Source of the DNA: a virus
UHGV virus genome: UHGV-0140603
Direction: 5' to 3' (one strand)
DNA: 39,059 nt
Under the pieces are notes generated by a model, which made no database searches, was not told where the DNA came from, and saw only the letters and a list, made by a program, of their open reading frames with translations. The stretch's first letter is position 1; each line of letters begins with the position of its first letter. This document shows, piece by piece, positions 1-8,605 of the stretch. The translations under genes and the position numbers were made by a program.

Positions 1-721
1 ATATATCAAACAAAATAACCCTGATTAATGAATTATTACGTTTATCATGTTAACTCATCATTATTACATCATCATTGTAAATAATTAAATTAATTTCCAT
101 AACATTAAAATATGTATCCACTGACGCTTTTTTACATAACGAAGAATTGACCATTTTGTCCTGTTGTGCCTTAATGTAAGTACCGTCCACGGCGTGGGAC
201 ATACTTCAAGGAACCTTTTGTGAGTCAGGCAACCAGTATGCGAAAACGACACCGATTTAACAGTCGCATGACCCGTATCGTACTGCTCATCAGCTTTATC
301 TTCTTCTTTGGCCGTTTTATCTACTCGTCCGTCGGTGCCTGGCAGCACCATCAGAGCAAAAAAGAAGCTCAGCAATCCACACTCTCCGTCGAATCACCGG
401 TACAACGTTAGCGGTTACCTTCTCCACTCTCACAGAACATAACGGCACCTCGCTGTCGGATGCTTTTGCTCTTTGAGATTATCAAAGCGGCAGATATTCT
501 TTCATCTTAAATTTTACGTCTTTGTTCTGACTGAAGTTCATCCTGTTCGGCTGCGAAATAAATACATCATTAATACATATGTTGTGATGATGTATTTTTA
601 TAAATTATTTCCCGCATGAATTTTAATAAATTTAATCTATTCCTTTATACGCAATACATTTACTTTCCTCTTTTGATGATCTTAAATGTCTTATTTTTCG
701 TAATGTGTATAACAAGGAATA

Positions 722-1240
722 GTGATGAAATTTAAAAAATGTCTTCTGCCTGTGGCAATGTTAGCGTCATTCACTCTGGCAGGATGCCAGTCAAATGCTG
801 ATGATCATGCCGCCGATGTTTATCAAACCGATCAACTGAATACCAAACAAGAAACTAAAACCGTTAATATTATTTCCATTCTTCCCGCAAAAGTTGCCGT
901 AGACAACGCCCAAAATAAACGGAACGCACAAGCCTTCGGCGCGCTTATTGGCGCTGTCGCTGGCGGTGTTATCGGCCACAACGTCGGGTCTGGCAGCAAT
1001 TCCGGAACGACGGCAGGTGCAGTTGGCGGCGGAGCTGTAGGCGCGGCAGCGGGTTCTATGGTGAATGATAAAACCTTAGTGGAAGGTGTTTCTTTAACAT
1101 ATAAGGAAGGCACCAAAGTGTATACCTCCACCCAGGTGGGTAAAGAGTGCCAGTTTACGACAGGTTTAGCCGTTGTTATTACCACGACGTATAACGAAAC
1201 GCGTATTCAGCCAAATACCAAATGTCCTGAAAAGAGCTAA
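722..1240 (+). CDS. Host lipoprotein with glycine-zipper region
   Basis: Signal peptide ending in lipobox LAGC (MMKFKKCLLPVAMLASFTLAGC); Gly/Ala-rich stretch GALIGAVAGGVIGHNVGSG typical of glycine-zipper outer-membrane lipoproteins. Confidence 0.6.
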   Translation: MMKFKKCLLPVAMLASFTLAGCQSNADDHAADVYQTDQLNTKQETKTVNIISILPAKVAVDNAQNKRNAQAFGALIGAVAGGVIGHNVGSGSNSGTTAGAVGGGAVGAAAGSMVNDKTLVEGVSLTYKEGTKVYTSTQVGKECQFTTGLAVVITTTYNETRIQPNTKCPEKS

Positions 1241-1255
1241 TAATCAGGAGGAGTC

Positions 1256-1795
1256 ATGAAGAAAGTTTTTCTTTGCGCCATCTTAGCCTCCTTAAGCTAT
1301 CCGGCTATCGCCTCATCATTGCAGGATCAACTCTCGGCTGTCGCAGAAGCGGAACAGCAAGGTAAAAATGAAGAGCAAAGGCAGCATGACGAATGGGTCG
1401 CGGAGCGCAACAGGGAAATCCAGCAAGAGAAGCAACGTCGCGCAAACGCCCAGGCCGCGGCTAATAAAAGAGCGGCAACGGCAGCAGCGAATAAGAAAGC
1501 TCGTCAGGATAAACTGGACGCCGAAGCCACTGCGGACAAAAAACGCGATCAAAGTTATGAAGATGAGCTACGCAGCTTAGAGATTCAGAAACAAAAACTG
1601 GCGCTGGCGAAAGAAGAAGCCCGCGTTAAGCGCGAAAACGAATTTATCGATCAGGAACTGAAGCACAAAGCTGCGCAAACCGATGTGGTGCAATCTGAAG
1701 CTGACGCAAACAGAAATATGACTGAAGGCGGTCGCGATCTGATGAAAAGCGTGGGTAAAGCAGAAGAGAATAAATCAGATAGCTGGTTTAATTAA
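1256..1795 (+). CDS. Secreted charged/coiled-coil protein, probably co-transcribed with the upstream lipoprotein
   Basis: Cleavable signal peptide (MKKVFLCAILASLSYPAIASS); SD aggagg 6-8 nt upstream; K/E/A/Q-rich body; 16-nt gap to upstream gene. Confidence 0.5.
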   Translation: MKKVFLCAILASLSYPAIASSLQDQLSAVAEAEQQGKNEEQRQHDEWVAERNREIQQEKQRRANAQAAANKRAATAAANKKARQDKLDAEATADKKRDQSYEDELRSLEIQKQKLALAKEEARVKRENEFIDQELKHKAAQTDVVQSEADANRNMTEGGRDLMKSVGKAEENKSDSWFN

Positions 1796-1837
1796 TCGAT
1801 GTTAGTAACTTCAATCCTATGATTCGTGAGTATAAAA

Positions 1838-1867
1838 AACCCTCTGTAGTAACAGAGGGTTTTGTTC
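1838..1867 (+). terminator. Rho-independent terminator of the host operon
   Basis: Hairpin ccctctg-tagtaa-cagaggg followed by ttttgtt immediately after the stop at 1795. Confidence 0.6.
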
Positions 1868-2012
1868 ATTCATAGTGCAGAGTCAAATCATTCCCACTCA
1901 ATTATTTACGACAAGCATAACCAATTGAGTGACAACATTTTTCCAAAACTTAATTATTACCGTACCGTTTTATATACCGTCACCGAAAATCAGTACCATG
2001 AAAAATGCCATG

Positions 2013-2495
2013 CTATCTGGTCAAAGTGTCGTACTGTTTTTCGCAGACTCTTCCTGCTTCGGCTGCCCGGTCAGCATACTCTGCCAGTTGTCTGTTTCTC
2101 TCGAGAGATTTGCTGAACACGTCGGCAAGCAAAACTCCGGTGTCTGCGGCTGACGACCCAGCGCCGACAATGGCGTTATACTGCCTGAGCTGCTCACGGA
2201 TGGCAACGAGCTGTTGCTGCAACCGGCCAGCGCGAGCGGCAGCATCAAGAGCATCATTGCGCGCCTGGTCGATCCTCTGCTGAGCTTCACGTTCATTGGT
2301 CGCTTTCTCCTGTTCGTAGTGCTGACGAACTATCTCATCTTCAGCTTTGCGGTCTTCCTTCGCCTGCGCATACCCGGCGTCGTACTGACGACTGCCGTGT
2401 GCATTCCAGGCTACAACTCCTGATATGACCAGAACAGCAAGCATCGCCATGATAACCAACTGTTTCCAGTATGCTTTTGCGAATGCCAAGATCAT
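2013..2495 (-). CDS. Rz-like i-spanin
   Basis: N-terminal TM segment then coiled-coil periplasmic domain; directly downstream of endolysin; contains an embedded out-of-frame lipoprotein ORF. Confidence 0.7.
   Translation of the reverse strand: MILAFAKAYWKQLVIMAMLAVLVISGVVAWNAHGSRQYDAGYAQAKEDRKAEDEIVRQHYEQEKATNEREAQQRIDQARNDALDAAARAGRLQQQLVAIREQLRQYNAIVGAGSSAADTGVLLADVFSKSLERNRQLAEYADRAAEAGRVCEKQYDTLTR
2021..2257 (-). CDS. Rz1-like o-spanin lipoprotein embedded in Rz in another frame
   Basis: Track ORF 2021..2296; internal start [17 protein letters not shown] gives signal peptide with lipobox LAGC and a Pro/Ser-rich short mature protein. Confidence 0.6.
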   Translation of the reverse strand: MMLLMLPLALAGCSNSSLPSVSSSGSITPLSALGRQPQTPEFCLPTCSANLSRETDNWQSMLTGQPKQEESAKNSTTL

Positions 2496-3121
2496 ACCGC
2501 CAGCACCTTACTGGCAGTGATGTACCGCGCGCGCCGGTCGTCGATGCCGTTCCGGCCACCATTGATAATCAGAGTTACACGTGCAATATCGCCGGTATAC
2601 TTCATGCATCCTTTGCTGGCGAAGAACCACGCCGCGCTACGAGCCGCATATTCGTCCTGCGCCAGCAGTTCAGGGCTCTCCAGCAGGTCAACCTTCAGAC
2701 CGTTTCCGCAATCACGATAGTTATTCAAACCGGTAATCTGGATAAGTCCGCGCCCTCGGTAATTCCAGCCATCACCAGGGGCATTGTTCCCCATGCGTTT
2801 GCTGTATACCAGATTTGCGATCGCGCGCTGGCGCTCAAGTGGCAATGGTGGTTCACCAGCACGGCGCCCCAGTGCATTAGCCTGTCCCTGGGTGAGGCGT
2901 CCAGTCCTGACAAAGCTCGCCAGTCCGGTAACGCTGTAGTTGAAACTCTCCTGCAACCTGGTGAAGCCACCAGACTCATGCCCGACTTGAGCAATAAACA
3001 TTGCCTGATCTTCGGGCTTGCTGATACCAAACTCTTTCATCGCAGAAGTGATATGCGAGAACCAGCGTGCGGCCAGCGCCTCGCTGATACTAGCAGCTCG
3101 CTGGAATTGTTTAATCTCCAT
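2492..3121 (-). CDS. Endolysin, glycoside hydrolase family 19 (chitinase-like)
   Basis: Motifs [22 protein letters not shown] typical of GH19 phage endolysins; ATG at 3121 with gagg RBS; the track ORF extends to 3184. Confidence 0.8.
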   Translation of the reverse strand: MEIKQFQRAASISEALAARWFSHITSAMKEFGISKPEDQAMFIAQVGHESGGFTRLQESFNYSVTGLASFVRTGRLTQGQANALGRRAGEPPLPLERQRAIANLVYSKRMGNNAPGDGWNYRGRGLIQITGLNNYRDCGNGLKVDLLESPELLAQDEYAARSAAWFFASKGCMKYTGDIARVTLIINGGRNGIDDRRARYITASKVLAV

Positions 3122-3419
3122 GTTTAGACCTCGATACTTTGAAAATTTGAACGACGTTACCGCGCGTTTTAATAACCGCAGCAAGCATGACAGCGTTGAT
3201 AATGACCTCAGATAAATCAGCTACCATTGGCGTACGAAACCAGATTGCATAGGCGACGCGAACAGGAATACTTGCCGCAGCAACAATCAGGAAATAAGCA
3301 AGCCACCCACCCCATCTTCGGTGTTGGGATCCGTTACGCCGGAATGTAACAACGCGAACTGCAATGCCAGTACAAATAACTGCATTGGTGATAAGCAAAA
3401 AAAGCTCATGAGTTACCAT
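3111..3419 (-). CDS. Holin or antiholin-like small membrane protein
   Basis: 102 aa, two to three hydrophobic helices, immediately upstream of and overlapping the endolysin start. Confidence 0.5.
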   Translation of the reverse strand: MVTHELFLLITNAVICTGIAVRVVTFRRNGSQHRRWGGWLAYFLIVAAASIPVRVAYAIWFRTPMVADLSEVIINAVMLAAVIKTRGNVVQIFKVSRSKHGD

Positions 3420-3810
3420 CGTCTTTTCTCCCCGGAATTAAGTCGCGTGGATTATCGGAGCGGTGATAGAGCCATATTCCAATACGCACTGCTACAATCG
3501 CTGACACGAATGCGCCAGCAGAGAAGACAACCCCTTTCTCGAAAGAATCCTGCGTAATGGTGGGGATTAGACTGGCTATGCCTATAAGAATTGATGCTGT
3601 TGGTTTGTAAAAGAGAAGACCACAAAGAAAGCTGAGTATCGACAAGAGTACACGACGACGAACAGGATACTCTACAGCAGAGGTAACAAAAATTACCGAA
3701 CCAGAGAGTGAACCCAATGCAACTTCAGGTGGAACACCAGCAAGTACCGATACAAGCGAACACGCACTAAGATATTGATTTAAAGAAAAACTTGTAAATT
3801 GCAATGACAT
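3406..3810 (-). CDS. Holin-like membrane protein, first gene of the lysis cassette
   Basis: Multiple TM segments; track ORF starts with TTG at 3831, ATG at 3810 has a GGTGA SD; overlaps the next lysis gene. Confidence 0.5.
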   Translation of the reverse strand: MSLQFTSFSLNQYLSACSLVSVLAGVPPEVALGSLSGSVIFVTSAVEYPVRRRVLLSILSFLCGLLFYKPTASILIGIASLIPTITQDSFEKGVVFSAGAFVSAIVAVRIGIWLYHRSDNPRDLIPGRKDDGNS

Positions 3811-3990
3811 AAAAGTCACCATTTTTATCAATCAAACACAAATTCAATTCATGAATTCACCGCCTCAATTAAACCATATTTGGTTTGCTCTTGCCTAGTG
3901 TCATTATTATTTATATAGTGACATACCAACTTTCAAATTATAATTTATATATTTTAGGATCAAACCCAATACATTTTAAAAGGTGTAACA

Positions 3991-4830
3991 ATGGAATCTA
4001 ATGCACTAAAAAAAGCACGACTATTTATAAATGACATAAAATATTGTGTTGAAAACTTTAATATCGATTCAACTTTATATACCGCTTTCAAGCCAAGTGA
4101 TATTGGTGTTAAAGGAGATGAAAGCAATACAATATATGTTGCTGACGGTAAGCTTCCGGAAAAACTGATAATTGCTTTTGGAGAAAAGGCAAAAGACAGT
4201 AAAATATTTATTGGAAAAAATGTAAAATGCAGGGGATCGAGAATTGTAATAACTCACGGTGAAAGCCTTTGTTACATCGGAAATAACTCACAACTAAATA
4301 ATGTAACTATGCATATATGGTGCAAATGGGATTTTGTAGTGGTTGGAGAAGGTGTATCAGTTACCTCAACAAGTAATTGGACTACTGGAATAAACCCTGG
4401 CAATCCTTGTAACGGCATTATTATTGGTGATCACTGCCTTATGAGCCAAGAAATATCTATTAGACCTGCAGATGGACACCAAATTATCGAACTCACCACG
4501 CGAAAAGTAGTCAACGCTGCAACATCACCTATTATAATCGAACCATATTGCTGGATCGGACAGCGCACAGCAATACTAAAAAATGTAAGAATTGGTGCAT
4601 GCTCCATCGTTTCACTTGGTGCTGTAGTTACAAAATCATGTAAAAAATTCAGTGCGCTAAGTGGCGTACCAGCCAAAGCAAGATGCATTGAAGGAAAAAT
4701 GTGGCTAAGAAACAATGGGGAAGAAGCCAAGAGAATAATGCTTATGTATGAAAAAAGATTTGCAGGCACAGCAGCACAGCAGCACAGCAGCACAGCAGCA
4801 CAGCAGCACAGCAGCACAGCAGCACAGTGA
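3991..4830 (+). CDS. Hexapeptide-repeat (left-handed beta-helix) acetyltransferase, candidate O-antigen/polysaccharide acetylase
   Basis: Hexapeptide-like repeats (IGDHCLMSQEISI, IGQRTAILKNVRIGACSIVSLGAVV); AT-rich; opposite strand to the late operon; own AT-rich upstream region with SD aaaaggtg. Confidence 0.65.
   Translation: MESNALKKARLFINDIKYCVENFNIDSTLYTAFKPSDIGVKGDESNTIYVADGKLPEKLIIAFGEKAKDSKIFIGKNVKCRGSRIVITHGESLCYIGNNSQLNNVTMHIWCKWDFVVVGEGVSVTSTSNWTTGINPGNPCNGIIIGDHCLMSQEISIRPADGHQIIELTTRKVVNAATSPIIIEPYCWIGQRTAILKNVRIGACSIVSLGAVVTKSCKKFSALSGVPAKARCIEGKMWLRNNGEEAKRIMLMYEKRFAGTAAQQHSSTAAQQHSSTAAQ
4767..4827 (+). repeat. Octanucleotide tandem repeat (cacagcag) ~7.6 copies at the 3' end of the acetyltransferase gene
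   Basis: Seven perfect 8-bp units 4767-4822 plus partial unit; encodes (AAQQHSST)n tail; stop TGA follows at 4828. Confidence 0.9.
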
Positions 4831-4843
4831 TATAATTATAATA

Positions 4844-4864
4844 ATGGCCGTAATGCGCGGCCAT
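4844..4864. terminator. Bidirectional terminator between convergent acetyltransferase and tailspike genes
   Basis: 7-bp stem atggccg/cggccat with 7-nt loop, flanked by A/T runs on both sides. Confidence 0.5.
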
Positions 4865-4885
4865 TACATATTATTTATTATAGCA

Positions 4886-7800
4886 TTAACTTATTAGATC
4901 CGCTATTTTCTTTTCTTGATATGCCATCCTTATTATTTCAAATTCATCCATACGCATCATGTAAATAGATCTTGTCAATACCAAATTTCCATGTTTATCT
5001 TCTTTAATTTCATCTGCACCTTCTATTAATTTAATAATCCCAAATTCATTAACTGGAATTGGACAAGACTCAATATCAATAGGATAAAAATCACCAGATC
5101 CGTTTTCTCTTACCAAAACACTGGTTTCTTCATACGTAATAAGACCATACTTCTTCCAATCAAGACCAGCTTTTGTAATTGCATCCTTAACTTGCTGCGC
5201 TACAACTCCAAAATGATATCTGGCATGTTCACTTCCTTTTCGTAATATTTCATCCTTCATCTTCCACATTTGAAATTTTACACTACCCACGGCTTCAATA
5301 AGTTCAGTCGGTATATCCGAGAATTCATCTTTGTAATTAACATCTGAAACAACAGTGACAGCATTCTTGCTATATATGTTATTCCAGTATGCTGTCGTTG
5401 TACCATTATTAACTGTTCCTATCTGCCCTGTGGGAGCAAAATAAGGATTATCATTAACTGGATTAGCTATCTCGACAAGAACTTGAGTACCGCCAAAGCT
5501 CCCGCCAGGGAACATACGAAACCTGTTTGGTAAGCGATAGTCATTAGAACCATAAGCATTCCAGCCAGCCCCATTTTCTACAGTACCACGACACCTAAAT
5601 TCAACAACTTCTTGTATCTGCGGTGTTACATCATATCCACCACGTATAGACCAGTACTTATTATTGTCAGATTCTCTGCGGGAATCATGAACACGAAAAG
5701 CACCATTACTAGCATACTGAATGGCTTTTTTATATTCTGAAGTATTTTCTGAATACCCCCCCAATATCCAGTTCTCTCCTAATTTAAAGGAAACATCAAA
5801 AGCAGAACTTATAGAAGAAAGTGGTGAGTTATTAACACGAGTTGTCAAGGCGGAATTCAATGGTAGTTCATTAGCAACCCCACGCGATTGTGAAATAAGA
5901 AATATCTGTTTTCCTCGTTTCGAATACACTCCATCGCTGTACTTTTTATCATTCGAGTATTCCCCACCACTAACTTTATTTGTTATCGCCCACATTCTAA
6001 ATCCATCGGGATCATCAGGAGCAATACCAGAAGCAGTAGAAAAAGCGGAATAATTCTTTCCTTTGTAAGTTATAATAGATGCTCCAGAATCCCAATTATC
6101 CATAGTTAGAATAATAAGGTCTCCTTCATACATATCTATACCTTCAGGTTCAAATGAATGGGGGGTCCCATACTTTGGATTATCCATAAGATTTTTGTAT
6201 CCATAAAGAGAACGAGCCCCCTCAAATGAAAATTCAGCAAGAATATTACCAGAATAATCAAACTTCTGAATAATATGCAACATGAACGGATGTGTATATC
6301 CCCTTAATATATAGATGTACTTACCATCACTGGCAACATCTTGAATAACATGAGTATCAGTTCCGCGCTGCGGATGTGGAATCCTGAAATAATACAATGG
6401 TCTTGCGTCCAAACTATTGTCAAGGGATTCTACGTGTATCCTGCTGTAAACAAATACATACCAGGCATCATCATCTGCTGTGCTATCAGTTGCAACAAGA
6501 ACAACATACCTTCCATCTGAAGATACACACGGGGTTGCTGAATTATAATTCTGATAAGGATGACCAGAACCAGAATATCCAAAAAGCTGATAAGTAATCA
6601 CATCAGATTCAGATGTGCTGCTCCCTTTCCAAATTAATTTTGAATAACCTTTTCCTCCATCATTTCCTCGATATGTAGGCTGGGTAACCATTTGGGTATA
6701 AATAAAAAGGTCATCATCAATAACTATCGTAGATATTCCCTGATGGTTATTTAATATTGGTGCAGTGTAAGTAGTATTTTGCACTACTGAACCATCATCA
6801 GAAAACGAGTATTCAACCAGCCTGCGCTTCTCTAAAGCAGCTGCTGTTCCTGTACCCCCCCCTGGACCATTCGCCGTAAATCGTACACCAATATTATTTT
6901 CAGCAGCCCCTATAGTTGTAAAATCAGTTGAACCTATACTTACTATTTCATATTCAATTCCGGTTATGAAGTCACCAGCTGATGTTACTTTAGAGTTGAA
7001 GTTTCCACTACCTTCAGCACTGCCAACAACCGTTTGTAAAATAAATAATTTTTTACCATTATAATTCGCATAAGCACACCCTTGACTTGTAGCCTCACCA
7101 TTTGGAAAAACTTGGGACTCACCAAAACCCATAAATGCTTCCATTAAATGGCGTTGCACCAATGTATTACTGATATTATTACGAAGAGAAAGTAGATGAC
7201 CAGTTTTGGAAAGAATCATCCCTTCCCCTGTCATTTTGCTTACATCTACTTTCAACGTATCAACAAGATATACTCCAGGTGGAACATAAGCATTTTCAGG
7301 AGCCAGAATAAAAGAATTCGTATCATCAGTTATACCATCTCCAACAGCAGCATAATCTTTCACACTTACTGTATCACGCATCTTATCCTGGAACGTTCTG
7401 TATACAGCTCCAGCACCATACTGGATAAACCATCCGAAACCACCGACAACACCAGCAATTGCAGCATCCACATACTTACGCATTGAACGATTATTTACAG
7501 CGTCCTGCTCAAGTGATGGATCTGCAAGGTTAGAAATTTTGTTTTGCTTTGCATCGTAATATTTTGCAAGCAGCGAGGGCTTCATCAATGCACGTCTGAA
7601 CCACCCAAAACATCGCTGGATCAGCATCGTCAGGTAGTCGAATGCATCCTCATGAACTTCGGGGAAAAATTTTCCCTGATTGCGAAGATCAGTCTCCTGC
7701 ACCACATCAAGCACACGCTCTATCGTAATTCGCCAGCCAGCAGCAAGCGGCGACGGAAGAACCACTTCACCGCCACTATAAGTGCCCGCTCCAGTTACCT

Positions 7801-7960
7801 TATAACCGGTATCAAGCACCAATTCTGTTACGTTCCCGTTCAGATCAGACACCTGAACAACCAGGTCGGATTTTTTGAAAATACGGAAGGTATACGGAAA
7901 TGATGTCGTAACTCCGTTACCGGTGTATTCGTTGTGGTCAACTTCGGTTGAGACCGTCAT
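4886..7960 (-). CDS. Tailspike protein with T7 gp17-like N-terminal particle-binding domain
   Basis: N-terminus YTGNGVTTSFPYTFRIF resembles the tail-fibre adaptor domain; 1024 aa; C-terminal two thirds AT-rich. Confidence 0.8.
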   Translation of the reverse strand: MTVSTEVDHNEYTGNGVTTSFPYTFRIFKKSDLVVQVSDLNGNVTELVLDTGYKVTGAGTYSGGEVVLPSPLAAGWRITIERVLDVVQETDLRNQGKFFPEVHEDAFDYLTMLIQRCFGWFRRALMKPSLLAKYYDAKQNKISNLADPSLEQDAVNNRSMRKYVDAAIAGVVGGFGWFIQYGAGAVYRTFQDKMRDTVSVKDYAAVGDGITDDTNSFILAPENAYVPPGVYLVDTLKVDVSKMTGEGMILSKTGHLLSLRNNISNTLVQRHLMEAFMGFGESQVFPNGEATSQGCAYANYNGKKLFILQTVVGSAEGSGNFNSKVTSAGDFITGIEYEIVSIGSTDFTTIGAAENNIGVRFTANGPGGGTGTAAALEKRRLVEYSFSDDGSVVQNTTYTAPILNNHQGISTIVIDDDLFIYTQMVTQPTYRGNDGGKGYSKLIWKGSSTSESDVITYQLFGYSGSGHPYQNYNSATPCVSSDGRYVVLVATDSTADDDAWYVFVYSRIHVESLDNSLDARPLYYFRIPHPQRGTDTHVIQDVASDGKYIYILRGYTHPFMLHIIQKFDYSGNILAEFSFEGARSLYGYKNLMDNPKYGTPHSFEPEGIDMYEGDLIILTMDNWDSGASIITYKGKNYSAFSTASGIAPDDPDGFRMWAITNKVSGGEYSNDKKYSDGVYSKRGKQIFLISQSRGVANELPLNSALTTRVNNSPLSSISSAFDVSFKLGENWILGGYSENTSEYKKAIQYASNGAFRVHDSRRESDNNKYWSIRGGYDVTPQIQEVVEFRCRGTVENGAGWNAYGSNDYRLPNRFRMFPGGSFGGTQVLVEIANPVNDNPYFAPTGQIGTVNNGTTTAYWNNIYSKNAVTVVSDVNYKDEFSDIPTELIEAVGSVKFQMWKMKDEILRKGSEHARYHFGVVAQQVKDAITKAGLDWKKYGLITYEETSVLVRENGSGDFYPIDIESCPIPVNEFGIIKLIEGADEIKEDKHGNLVLTRSIYMMRMDEFEIIRMAYQEKKIADLIS

Positions 7961-8064
7961 GTTAAATCTCCAGATAGTCGCAGCACCCGTTGCGCCGCAT
8001 ATCTGGTCATTCTATTACCTAAAAAACCACATATGGATAGACAACCCATAAATACGAACAGATA

Positions 8065-8079
8065 TTACCTTTCAGGTGA
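8065..8079. promoter_or_regulatory. Near-palindrome TTACC-TTTCA-GGTGA in the tailspike divergent promoter region
   Basis: One mismatch from the TTACC-N5-GGTAA consensus; followed by ttgcaa and tataaat promoter-like hexamers. Confidence 0.4.
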
Positions 8080-8155
8080 TTTGCAAAACGTGCTGGATAG
8101 CAAACAAATTATTTGTTACTGTATAAATATACAGTTATCGTATGGAGAAGATAAG

Positions 8156-8413
8156 ATGCAGCAGTATCACTATCCACTGGAAGACGGATTTACCGAAAGG
8201 ATTCACACGCCGGGAGGCGTCAGATCACTGGTGGAGGGATCGCACTTGATGAAATTACTCCGGGATCTCGATAAGGATGGATTTAATGTCGATGGCCCAC
8301 TTGCCGAACTGACTGCACTGATTAACTACGTCACCAGCTCACAGATGTCTATGCAGGATCTGCAAACACATCTCGACTATTGTGCCGAACAATTACGAAA
8401 ACAAACCACATAA
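8156..8413 (+). CDS. Hypothetical 85-aa protein, opposite-strand insert inside the late operon
   Basis: ATG at 8156 with SD ggagaag; promoter-like ttgcaa/tataaat upstream; terminator hairpin downstream; no recognisable family. Confidence 0.45.
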   Translation: MQQYHYPLEDGFTERIHTPGGVRSLVEGSHLMKLLRDLDKDGFNVDGPLAELTALINYVTSSQMSMQDLQTHLDYCAEQLRKQTT

Positions 8414-8436
8414 AGAAAAGGCCGCAAGAGCGGCCT
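8411..8436 (-). terminator. Rho-independent terminator ending the upstream late transcription unit
   Basis: Stem aggccgc/gcggcct with 4-nt loop; U-run on the minus-strand side. Confidence 0.55.
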
Positions 8437-8455
8437 GTGACATGTCACGCTCACG

Positions 8456-8596
8456 CTATGACAAGCCTATGTACCCTGCTACACCAGATAATATCAAAAC
8501 AACTGCAACAGCAAATTCACCATCGTCAATGATACATTTACGGTTCATAACGCCAAGTGCAACAAGCGCAAACACAACAAGAATAAAAGCAATCAT
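8456..8596 (-). CDS. Small (46 aa) two-helix membrane protein
   Basis: ATG 10 nt after the stop of the upstream gene, SD aaggatgag; MIAFILVVFALVALGVMNRKCIIDDGEFAVAVVLILSGVAGYIGLS; below the ORF-track size cutoff. Confidence 0.4.
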   Translation of the reverse strand: MIAFILVVFALVALGVMNRKCIIDDGEFAVAVVLILSGVAGYIGLS

Positions 8597-8605
8597 TTCT
8601 CATCC

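Noticed and set aside
85-411. Small ORFs (96 aa minus, 63 aa plus) in the AT-rich leftmost segment
   Set aside because: AT-rich DNA generates ORFs by chance; no RBS or recognisable domains.
2471-3127. 218-aa plus-strand ORF
   Set aside because: Antisense to the endolysin, whose GH19 motifs make the minus-strand frame the real one.
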